DNA from: an uncultured Lachnospiraceae bacterium
Lineage (GTDB): Bacteria; Bacillota; Clostridia; Lachnospirales; Lachnospiraceae
NCBI GenBank assembly: GCA_937894705.1
Contig: CALAXP010000025.1
Coordinates: 14,962-78,961 of the forward strand
Length of the DNA stretch: 64,000 nucleotides
Reading direction: 5' to 3'
Made by a program: the position numbers and the translations under genes. A model generated the notes under the pieces. That model was given only the letters and a program-made list of their open reading frames with translations, was not told where the DNA came from and made no database searches. This document shows positions 39,046 to 47,075 of this stretch, in pieces. The first letter of the stretch is position 1; every line of letters begins with the position of its first letter.

Positions 39046-39690
39046 ATGAAAGATCCTTATGAGGTTCTAGGGCTTCCACATGGCGCTTCGGAAGAAGAAG
39101 TGAAAAAAGCATATCGAAATCTAAGCCGGAAATATCACCCGGATGCCAATATCAACAATCCAAACGCAGCACAGGCAGAAGAAAAGTTCAAGGAAGTGCA
39201 GGCGGCATATAAGAGTATCATGGACGGAAACACAGGTTTCTCGTATGGTGGCAGCAGCTATGGAGGGTTTGATGGATTTGGCGGATTCGGTTCGGATGCA
39301 TTCCGTCGTGCCAGAAATGAAGGCGGTGGCATGAGTCAGGATGAGTCCCATCTTGCTGCGGCGCAGAATTTCATCATGAACCGGATGTTTACAGAGGCAC
39401 TTCGCACGCTGGAGGATATAGACGACCGGACAGGCAGATGGTATTATCTAAGTGCGGTTGCAAACTTAGGTGCTGGCAATCAGGCAACAGCGATGGAGCA
39501 TATCGACCGTGCGATTGCGATGGAACCGAACAACATGGAGTACAAACAGATGAAGCAGCGTATGCAGGGTGGCAGCAACTGGTATGTGCGGCGGGGCATG
39601 GGATATGGAATGCCGGATGTGCGTTCCGATAACTGGTGCATGGATATGTGCCTGTTAAATTTGCTCTGTAATTGCTGCACGCCGTGTTAG
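39046..39690 (+). CDS. J-domain (DnaJ-like) protein with TPR-like helices and Cys-rich tail
   Basis: DPYEVLG, KYHPD, G/F-rich linker, C-terminal [17 protein letters not shown]. Confidence 0.88.
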   Translation: MKDPYEVLGLPHGASEEEVKKAYRNLSRKYHPDANINNPNAAQAEEKFKEVQAAYKSIMDGNTGFSYGGSSYGGFDGFGGFGSDAFRRARNEGGGMSQDESHLAAAQNFIMNRMFTEALRTLEDIDDRTGRWYYLSAVANLGAGNQATAMEHIDRAIAMEPNNMEYKQMKQRMQGGSNWYVRRGMGYGMPDVRSDNWCMDMCLLNLLCNCCTPC

Positions 39691-39691
39691 A

Positions 39692-39769
39692 GGAGGGTGC
39701 ATATGTGCGACGCACATATTTAGGATGCACCCGGCGATCTGCCGCCGAGCGAAGCGAGGGGGCGATACC
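39692..39769 (+). repeat. Second copy of the 78-nt structured repeat (core of element B)
   Basis: 63/78 ungapped identity to 9117-9194, with four compensatory pairs. Confidence 0.9.
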
Positions 39770-39791
39770 ATATTATTTAAGGGGAGAAACA

Positions 39792-40457
39792 ATGGAGAAA
39801 ATTATTTTAGCATCACAGTCTCCACGCAGACAGGAGATTCTGTCACTGGGTGGATATGAATATGAGGTGTGCGTATCTTCGGCAGAGGAACAGATTCCAC
39901 CAGAAGAATTGGAGAATCTGACACCACAGGAGCTGGTCGAAAAACTGGCGCGTGTGAAAGCAGAAGATGTGTACCGGAGAAACTGCAATAAGAATATGGA
40001 AAAATCAACGACAGATAATCAGGCAGCAGATTCCGTGGAGAAAATCACGGTTATCGGTGCCGATACGGTCGTTGCTGTCGATGGATGTGTGCTTGGAAAA
40101 CCAAAGACAGAGGATGAAGCGAAGCAGATGCTTTCGTGGTTGTCCGGGCGGACACATGATGTATTTACCGGTGTGTGTATCCTGTGGACAAATCCAGATA
40201 CGCAGGCGGATATACAGGGAAATACCTTTCATTGTCATACGAAGGTGACATTTTATCCGATGACGGAGGAGGAAATCGACAACTATGTCGCCACGGGCGA
40301 CTGCATGGACAAGGCAGGTGCTTATGGAATCCAGAACGGTGCCGCGAAGTATATCCAGGGCATCGAAGGGGATTATTTGAATGTGGTTGGACTGCCGTTG
40401 TCAAAAATTTATCATGTTATGCATGAGAAATTAACAAATCTCACAATAAAAAAGTGA
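39792..40457 (+). CDS. maf: Maf-family nucleoside triphosphate pyrophosphatase
   Basis: ILASQSPRR, GADTVV, GKP, DKAGAYGIQ, NVVGLP. Confidence 0.93.
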   Translation: MEKIILASQSPRRQEILSLGGYEYEVCVSSAEEQIPPEELENLTPQELVEKLARVKAEDVYRRNCNKNMEKSTTDNQAADSVEKITVIGADTVVAVDGCVLGKPKTEDEAKQMLSWLSGRTHDVFTGVCILWTNPDTQADIQGNTFHCHTKVTFYPMTEEEIDNYVATGDCMDKAGAYGIQNGAAKYIQGIEGDYLNVVGLPLSKIYHVMHEKLTNLTIKK

Positions 40458-40585
40458 TTGAAACTGAATGGAAATAAACGAAAATAAAGAAAATAGACGG
40501 AAAATTAGTCATTATGACTAAAAGTAGATGCAAAATTTGTGTATTCTGCCGTTGAAAAAATATTTAAAAGTGCTACACTAATATA

Positions 40586-40826
40586 TGTAGCAACAAGTTG
40601 GGTTGTTGCTTGATTTTTGCATATCAGCGTCATGGCTTCGTACAGGGGGAAGGGATACGGAGTGTGATGTTGTAATATACACGTGAGCATCAGAGCTCGA
40701 AGTTATGTGAAGGTCTTGTTACGTGTAGCAGTGGTATTTCCTTATGTGACAAAAGAGAGGGTGTTACATAAGGGAATATCATCCAAGGTGGTTACGAAAA
40801 GAGGTTGCCTGGCAGCCTCTTTTTTC
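40586..40826 (+). ncRNA. Candidate multi-hairpin small RNA
   Basis: Promoter TTGAAA-16-TACACT (extended TG) at 40552-40579; four G:U-containing stems; terminator 40797-40826; no credible ORF. Confidence 0.6.
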
Positions 40827-40900
40827 TTGCATAGAAAAGCATGGACAGGTATAATAAAATTATGTATGGCGAAATTTAGAGGGAAAGCAGGATAACATAT

Positions 40901-42559
40901 ATGTGGGGATTTCACACGGTAAAAGTAAAAGAGAATAGCCGGCGGATGTTTGATCTGTGTATGCGGCGTGCGCAGAGCATCGGGCGTGCAGATTATGTAC
41001 GTACAGGCGGACGTATGGATCTGACACACACCTTCCGTACAGACATGCTGCATTTTCTGATTTATCTGGCATATTCTGATGGAACGATCAATAAGGAAGA
41101 AATCAAATATATCAATCTGTTGTTCGGAACTCAGTTTGATGAGAAGATGATTCGGGATTATGCGGATCGGTGGGGACTGCGTTCGGAGAGTATCCGCGAT
41201 CATGCACCGCGGTCGTTAAATTCGTTTGTCCGCTCGAATATTGGCGGAGAGACTGGAGAGATCTCCGATGATTATTATGATCTGGTGCAGTTGTATGTCA
41301 CAACCTTTAACTATATTGGAAATGATCTGATTGCATGCAATGAGGAGGTAGCAAACTCAGAAGTGCAGGCACTTTCCTCGTATATTGAGTTGATCACACA
41401 GGAGATTGACCGTGTGCGCGGCGACATGCAGGAGTACAAGCCGACAATTGCCTTTAAGCCGGGAAGCAAGGTGAAGCAGGAAGAAACACCGGATTATTCG
41501 TACTGGTCCGACATGCTGGAGAAACAGCGGACGAAGATTTCCACACCGGACCATCCGGCAGATGATGAATCGATGGTGAGAGAAGACAGAGATAGAGATA
41601 ATCGAGGGAAAACAGATGAATCGGAGAATGCCCGGACATCTGATACGGCAGACGTGGAACAGTCGTTCCGCAGGGCGGAGCAGCCAGCCGCACAGACACT
41701 GCCAGACCAGAAGGAACGCAAGAAAGAGTTCAATACAGAGATCGATATACAGACGCTGCTCAAACAGTTAAATGATCTGACCGGTATGCAGAGCGTCAAG
41801 ACCGAGATCAACAACATGATCAACCTGCTGAAGATCTGCAAGATTCGACAGGAAAATGGATTGCAGACACCGCCGGTGACAAATCACATGGTGTTCCTTG
41901 GCAATCCCGGAACCGGTAAGACAACCGTCGCAAGAATCCTTGCGAAGATCTATCATGGTCTGGGCGTGCTTTCAAAAGGACATCTGGTGGAGGTAGACCG
42001 GTCCGGGTTGGTTGCCGGATATATGGGACAGACGAGTGAGAAGGTTACGGAAGTGATTGAGAAAGCTAAGGGCGGCATTTTATTTATTGATGAGGCGTAT
42101 GCCCTTGCAAATGGACAGCAGGGCGATTTCGGGCAGGAGGCAATCGACATCCTGAACAAAGCGATGGAAGATAACCGGGATGATCTGATCGTCATTGCAG
42201 CGGGTTATCACGATGAAATGCAGGATTTCTTGGATGCAAATCCGGGACTTCGTTCGCGATTTAACCGGACAATCGAATTTCCGAATTATGATGCGGCAGA
42301 GCTGCTGGAGATTATGACCAATCGGGCGAAATCACTCGATTATACGTTGACGGACGACGCGGTGCAGTATGTGCAGGATACATTTACAAAGATACTTGCG
42401 TGCCCACCGGAGAATTTTGGTAATGCGCGTTCGGTGCGCAATTATCTGGATCGCGTGATTCACAATCAGGCAAACCGCCTGATCGCGGAGAATAATTTTA
42501 AAGAGGAAGATCTGACGAAGCTCACGCTTGCGGATGTACAGTCAGAGACGTTGGAATAG
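40901..42559 (+). CDS. SpoVK/CbbX-type AAA+ ATPase with N-terminal TerB-like region
   Basis: HMVFLGNPGTGKTTVAR, LFIDEAY, NPGLRSRF, FGNAR; start codon uncertain. Confidence 0.85.
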   Translation: MWGFHTVKVKENSRRMFDLCMRRAQSIGRADYVRTGGRMDLTHTFRTDMLHFLIYLAYSDGTINKEEIKYINLLFGTQFDEKMIRDYADRWGLRSESIRDHAPRSLNSFVRSNIGGETGEISDDYYDLVQLYVTTFNYIGNDLIACNEEVANSEVQALSSYIELITQEIDRVRGDMQEYKPTIAFKPGSKVKQEETPDYSYWSDMLEKQRTKISTPDHPADDESMVREDRDRDNRGKTDESENARTSDTADVEQSFRRAEQPAAQTLPDQKERKKEFNTEIDIQTLLKQLNDLTGMQSVKTEINNMINLLKICKIRQENGLQTPPVTNHMVFLGNPGTGKTTVARILAKIYHGLGVLSKGHLVEVDRSGLVAGYMGQTSEKVTEVIEKAKGGILFIDEAYALANGQQGDFGQEAIDILNKAMEDNRDDLIVIAAGYHDEMQDFLDANPGLRSRFNRTIEFPNYDAAELLEIMTNRAKSLDYTLTDDAVQYVQDTFTKILACPPENFGNARSVRNYLDRVIHNQANRLIAENNFKEEDLTKLTLADVQSETLE

Positions 42560-42560
42560 C

Positions 42561-43898
42561 ATGCATAAACAATGGATCAAGGATGGGCTAAGTGAATATC
42601 TGAGTGATGCGCATGCGGTATGGCATATGCCGGGGCATAAGCGGAAAGCCTGTTATGGAGATTTTCAGGACGCATTTCTCGCATGGGATGTGACGGAGGT
42701 ACCAGGGACAGATGATCTGTATCTGCCGGAGGGATTTATCGGAGATTCGCTTGCCATGCAGAAGGAGATCTATCAAACCTGTGGCACGTATTATGTAGTA
42801 AATGGTGCGACGGGAGGTATCTTTACGGCAATTGCGGCATGCACGAAGCCGGGCGATGTGATCCTGATGGCGAAAAACTGTCATAAATCGGTTTACAATG
42901 CGGCGGCGATGCTGCAGCGGCAGACGATCTATGTGGAGCCAACATGGAAGAAGGAGGCAGCAGATACCGCTGCATTTACACAATTTATAGATGGATATAT
43001 TGATGCGGAAGATGTGAAAGCACTCTGTGTGGCACACCCGGAGATCGCGGCGGTTGTAGTGACATCGCCGACATACGAGGGTGTTATATCTGACATTGCG
43101 CAGATTGCGCATGTGGCACATGCACACCATGTCCGGGTAATCGTGGATGAGGCACATGGGGCACATCTGCCATTTTTAAAACCGAAACTTTCTGCGATTT
43201 GCATGGGTGCTGATGTCGTCGTACAGAGTCTGCACAAGACACTTCCGGCGATGACGCAGACGGCGGTAATCCATGTCTGTACAGAAGAACTGGTGAAACC
43301 GGTGGAGCAGGCATTGGAGATATTCTTAAGTTCTTCGCCGTCGTATATTTTTATGATGAATATGGAAGCGGCAATCTGCTATATGGCAGACCATGATTTT
43401 ACGGAATATGAAAACAATCTGCGGAAATTCCGGGAGAACTGTGCGAAGCTTCCGCAGATTACAATGATAGAGAAAGCAGCTGTATGTGCAGCAGGTGCAT
43501 ATGGATATGATGAGACACGGCTTGTATATTCTGCATCTGTGCCGGGACCGGAGCTGCTTACGATGCTTGCGGACAAGGGCAGTGTCGTCTGTGAGATGGC
43601 AGGCAGAAAGCATGTGGTACTGATCTCGACGGTGCGGGACAGTCAGGAAGATTTTGACCGGTTATATCGGGCACTGCAGATGTGTGATGTCGCTCTGACG
43701 AAAGAAGGGGATCATGAGAAAGATCAATGTGCCGGGCAGGAGAAATTGCAAAAGCTGGCGGGAACTAGGGCGAAAGCACCCATTTATGTATATCCGCCCG
43801 GAAGTTACATCGTGAATACGGGGGAGATCATTACGGCAGAGATCGTGAAGAAGCTTTGCGCAGATCAGGCAGCAGGGCTTCATATCCGGGGCATTTAG
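42561..43898 (+). CDS. PLP-dependent Orn/Lys/Arg decarboxylase family protein
   Basis: HMPGHK, DVTE, TSPTYEG, DEAHGAH, QSLHKTLP, YPPG. Confidence 0.9.
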   Translation: MHKQWIKDGLSEYLSDAHAVWHMPGHKRKACYGDFQDAFLAWDVTEVPGTDDLYLPEGFIGDSLAMQKEIYQTCGTYYVVNGATGGIFTAIAACTKPGDVILMAKNCHKSVYNAAAMLQRQTIYVEPTWKKEAADTAAFTQFIDGYIDAEDVKALCVAHPEIAAVVVTSPTYEGVISDIAQIAHVAHAHHVRVIVDEAHGAHLPFLKPKLSAICMGADVVVQSLHKTLPAMTQTAVIHVCTEELVKPVEQALEIFLSSSPSYIFMMNMEAAICYMADHDFTEYENNLRKFRENCAKLPQITMIEKAAVCAAGAYGYDETRLVYSASVPGPELLTMLADKGSVVCEMAGRKHVVLISTVRDSQEDFDRLYRALQMCDVALTKEGDHEKDQCAGQEKLQKLAGTRAKAPIYVYPPGSYIVNTGEIITAEIVKKLCADQAAGLHIRGI

Positions 43899-43935
43899 AA
43901 AACAGGGGGATGAATGATGAGACAGGAGAAACGAT

Positions 43936-44664
43936 ATGAATGTATTGATATGTGATGATGAAAGACGCGATCTGCAGATGGTCCGGCTGCATGTGGAGCA
44001 ATTCAGCAAGGATCAGCAGATCAATGTGAGCATTTATACGCTATGGAATCCAAAATCTTCGGCGGAGATTATGGCAATGGCGGAAAAACATGAGATGGAT
44101 GTTGCATTTTTGGATATCGATATGCCACATATATCAGGCGATGTGATTGCCAGTGCGCTGACGGAAAAATATCCGTCGATCCAGATCATATTTTTTACGA
44201 ACCGGTGCGAGATGGTTTATGATATGCTCAAATACAAGCCATTCCGCTTTATTCAGAAAGCGGAACCGTGGAAGATTGATACGGCATTGATGAATCTGTC
44301 GAAACAGAGGATGACGGATGGACACGTTCTGATCGAAAAAGCAAAAAATGAAGTGATGGATGCTTCGGTGGAAGAGATTATGTACATAGAGGCAGCTAAA
44401 CATCAGATCATCTATCATACGGAGAATGATGCGATCATCTCGAAGGGGAGCATGGCAAAGATCGTAAAGGAGCTGTGGGAATATGGCTTTATACGCGTGC
44501 ATGTCGCATATGTGGTAAACATACGATACATTAAGCAGATTGGCAAAAAGGAACTGATTCTGAGAGATGAAACTGTATTGCCGATCAGCGGAAGCTATAA
44601 GGAAGAGACGATGAAGAATTATAAGATGTTACTGGAGAGGATCAGGTATGGAGAATCTCGTTGA
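43936..44664 (+). CDS. LytTR response regulator (AgrA-like)
   Basis: ICDD, FLDIDMP receiver domain; FIRVH..YVVN LytTR domain. Confidence 0.9.
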   Translation: MNVLICDDERRDLQMVRLHVEQFSKDQQINVSIYTLWNPKSSAEIMAMAEKHEMDVAFLDIDMPHISGDVIASALTEKYPSIQIIFFTNRCEMVYDMLKYKPFRFIQKAEPWKIDTALMNLSKQRMTDGHVLIEKAKNEVMDASVEEIMYIEAAKHQIIYHTENDAIISKGSMAKIVKELWEYGFIRVHVAYVVNIRYIKQIGKKELILRDETVLPISGSYKEETMKNYKMLLERIRYGESR

Positions 44665-45925
44665 AATATTTGCAAATACATTGGATGCTATATTAGGTAT
44701 CGTGTTTCTCACGATGATACTTGGGAAAAAGAAGAGCATGCCGAACTGGTTGTTTGTCGTTCTGGCGTTGATCGTCCCTGTGGCAAACGTTATGCTGCAG
44801 AAAGTATTTCCGGATAGTCCGGAGAATAATATTGTCTATATTTTACTTACTATATTCTTTGGCTTTGTATGCACGAATGGAAAAGTCTCAGAGAAGATCA
44901 TCTATGTCGCTATCTGGAACATTCTGCTTATGGCATGTGGACTGATTTTTGCATCTGTTTACGTGTATGTCGTGCGTGGAACGAACGGTATGGAATGGGA
45001 GATGGATGCGATACAGCGGTTGCATTACATCATGGGTTCAAAGCTGAATCTGATCCTGTTTACGCTGTTAGTTATGGTGATCCTGAAGAAAACGAAGATG
45101 AAATCTGCGATGCCGGTCATGAATGCTGTCGTGTTCTTGATTAGTATTTTGATCGGTATTATTTTAGACATTATGCTGGATTATCCGTATCTTGACAAAA
45201 AGGGAAAGATTGCGATCGGCATCGCGATGGTCGGAATTCTGGCAATCAATGTATTTGTTTACGTGGCAACCTATCAATTAAATAAAAGCCAGAAGCTGCT
45301 GATGGAAAATCAGCTTCTTCGTATGTCACAGGAAGAACAGAAAGAGGGAATGGAGCGCATGATGCGTCTGCAGGAGAAGAACCGGATGCTCCGGCATGAC
45401 CTGCGCCATTATTTTACGCTCTTTCAGGAAATGCTGGCGAATGGAAATGTGGAAGAAGCACAGAAATATGTGGAGGACGTCTTAAACACGAAGCTCCAGT
45501 CAGAGGGTGTCTATATGACTGGCGATGAGATCTTAGACGCCGTGCTCAATCATTGTGATGGAATCTGCCGGCAGAAACAGATCACATTTCGGACAGAGAT
45601 CAGTGCACATTTGCCGGAAGGACAGATGGAGTTTGCGATTGCACTGCTGAATCTGTTGGAAAATGCGATTGAAGCAGAGGAGCTGGAGGAGGATAAACTG
45701 ATCGAGCTGCAGATCTATGAGAGTGCGGGCTTACTGTTGGTAACTGTCCGGAACCGGATCAGCCAGTCGGTTATGGAGAGCAATCCGGAGCTTCGCACGC
45801 GGAAGGCGGATGCGAGTCTGCATGGACTTGGAAGAAAGAGTGTAAAGAAGCTGATCCGGGATATGGAAGGCTCTTTTTATGAGGAAGAACGAAATGGATT
45901 TTTCGTCTCGAATATAGTCGTATAA
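44648..45925 (+). CDS. GHKL sensor histidine kinase (AgrC-like)
   Basis: 6 TMs, RHDLRHY H-box, NLLENAIEA, HGLG. Confidence 0.9.
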   Translation: MENLVEIFANTLDAILGIVFLTMILGKKKSMPNWLFVVLALIVPVANVMLQKVFPDSPENNIVYILLTIFFGFVCTNGKVSEKIIYVAIWNILLMACGLIFASVYVYVVRGTNGMEWEMDAIQRLHYIMGSKLNLILFTLLVMVILKKTKMKSAMPVMNAVVFLISILIGIILDIMLDYPYLDKKGKIAIGIAMVGILAINVFVYVATYQLNKSQKLLMENQLLRMSQEEQKEGMERMMRLQEKNRMLRHDLRHYFTLFQEMLANGNVEEAQKYVEDVLNTKLQSEGVYMTGDEILDAVLNHCDGICRQKQITFRTEISAHLPEGQMEFAIALLNLLENAIEAEELEEDKLIELQIYESAGLLLVTVRNRISQSVMESNPELRTRKADASLHGLGRKSVKKLIRDMEGSFYEEERNGFFVSNIVV

Positions 45926-46036
45926 CGTCGAAAAAGTAAAAAGTATGCTCAGAAAACGACCAACTTTGCCAGACGGGTTGTAAAATGTGGAAAATCAGGT
46001 ATTGTAGTAGCAGGAAATGAAGTGAGGAGGAAGTCC

Positions 46037-46621
46037 ATGGAACGTCTTGCATATGCAATCACAGATTATCTGCTGCGAAGAGATGTGATCCAGAAAGAGG
46101 ACCACGATATCTATGTATATGGATACGCAGTGTTTCTTGAACAGATGTGTCAGGTGATCGGGTTTATTCTGCTTGGAATAGTCACGAAGAACCTGTTACA
46201 GACTGCATTGTTTTTGGGAACATTTTACCTGATTCGCAGTGCTTTCGGTGGGTATCATGCAGAGACGTCGCTGGTCTGTATGCTCGTCAGCTATGGTGGC
46301 TGGGGTGCGGTCATGATACTTTCAAAGTACATGGAAGCATGCCAAAAAGTACCAGTTGCGCTTTGGCTTGTGCTTGCCGCAGATTTTTGTGTATTTGCAA
46401 TACTCGGTCCGGTTGCACATGCAAATAAGCCGCTGAACGCAGGGCAGAAACGGCGGAACAAACGAAACGGATTTCTCGTTTTAGGGATTGGCTCTTTGCT
46501 GGCATTTCTTTGGAGATCATGTGTGATTGTTGGCACTGTGTATATTGGAACTGTAACCTTTGTAGCAGTGTTAGCAATGATAGGAAAAAGAAAGGTAGGT
46601 ACAAAGTATGAAGAAGATTGA
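46037..46621 (+). CDS. agrB: Accessory gene regulator B (AIP-processing peptidase)
   Basis: R..FGGYHA...C catalytic His/Cys; GPVAHANKPL; RBS GAGGAGG. Confidence 0.9.
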   Translation: MERLAYAITDYLLRRDVIQKEDHDIYVYGYAVFLEQMCQVIGFILLGIVTKNLLQTALFLGTFYLIRSAFGGYHAETSLVCMLVSYGGWGAVMILSKYMEACQKVPVALWLVLAADFCVFAILGPVAHANKPLNAGQKRRNKRNGFLVLGIGSLLAFLWRSCVIVGTVYIGTVTFVAVLAMIGKRKVGTKYEED

Positions 46622-46751
46622 GGAGCTCGTAGCAAAGATTGGTTATAACACTGCAAAGAAGACTGTAAATAGCGCATCTGCATGGCACAGCCATCAGGTA
46701 AAGGAGCCGGCAGCCGCACGCGCAAGCCTGCTCAAGGAAGCTTCCAAGTAA
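46608..46751 (+). CDS. agrD: AgrD cyclic (thio)lactone autoinducer precursor (not in the ORF track)
   Basis: Manual translation MKKIEELVAKIGYNTAKKTVNSASAWHSHQVKEPAAARASLLKEASK (47 aa); overlaps the agrB end; followed by a terminator. Confidence 0.85.
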   Translation: MKKIEELVAKIGYNTAKKTVNSASAWHSHQVKEPAAARASLLKEASK

Positions 46752-46764
46752 GAAGTGCGCAGAG

Positions 46765-46804
46765 AAGAAAGGGTAGATGTTCAGGTACATCTGCCCTTTC
46801 TTTT
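46765..46804 (+). terminator. Terminator after agrD
   Basis: AAGAAAGGGTAGATGT/ACATCTGCCCTTTCTT stem. Confidence 0.8.
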
Positions 46805-46807
46805 AGT

Positions 46808-46836
46808 TTGCATTTTAAAAATCGGTATGATACAAT
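46808..46836 (+). promoter_or_regulatory. glmS promoter
   Basis: TTGCAT-17-TACAAT with extended TG. Confidence 0.7.
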
Positions 46837-46884
46837 AAGGCAACTGAGTGAGATGGGAGGACACAGAACTCGAAAGGTAAGAAC

Positions 46885-47030
46885 CTTAGCGCCTGGTCCT
46901 GGGTGGACGGAAAAACTCAGGATGACGAGGAGAAACGTGATCGAAAGATTCGGCGGATGCGTTTCCGCACAGGCTGAGTGCGTATACAGAAAAAATATGT
47001 GGGTAACTGCAAAACAAAGTTCTGTAATCA
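46885..47030 (+). ncRNA. glmS ribozyme (GlcN6P-activated)
   Basis: AGCGCCTGGTCCT...GACGAGG...ATCGAA..TTCGGCGGATGC core directly upstream of glmS. Confidence 0.9.
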
Positions 47031-47075
47031 GCATGAAAGACATAGAAAATTAAAAATAGAATAGAGGTAGATATT

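Noticed and set aside
39672..39791. N-terminal extension of Maf in the ORF track
   Set aside because: It translates the 78-nt repeat; the real start is ATG 39792 after GGGGAG.
40505..40895. Short ORFs (61 and 70 aa) over the sRNA candidate as a type I toxin
   Set aside because: No RBS and no clear hydrophobic toxin helix; the hairpin pattern explains the region better.
45921..46005. LytTR direct-repeat boxes upstream of agrB
   Set aside because: Only weak, irregular similarity by eye; cannot be supported without homologue alignment.
46682..47053. 123-aa ORF upstream of glmS
   Set aside because: Overlaps agrD, a terminator, the glmS promoter and the glmS ribozyme.
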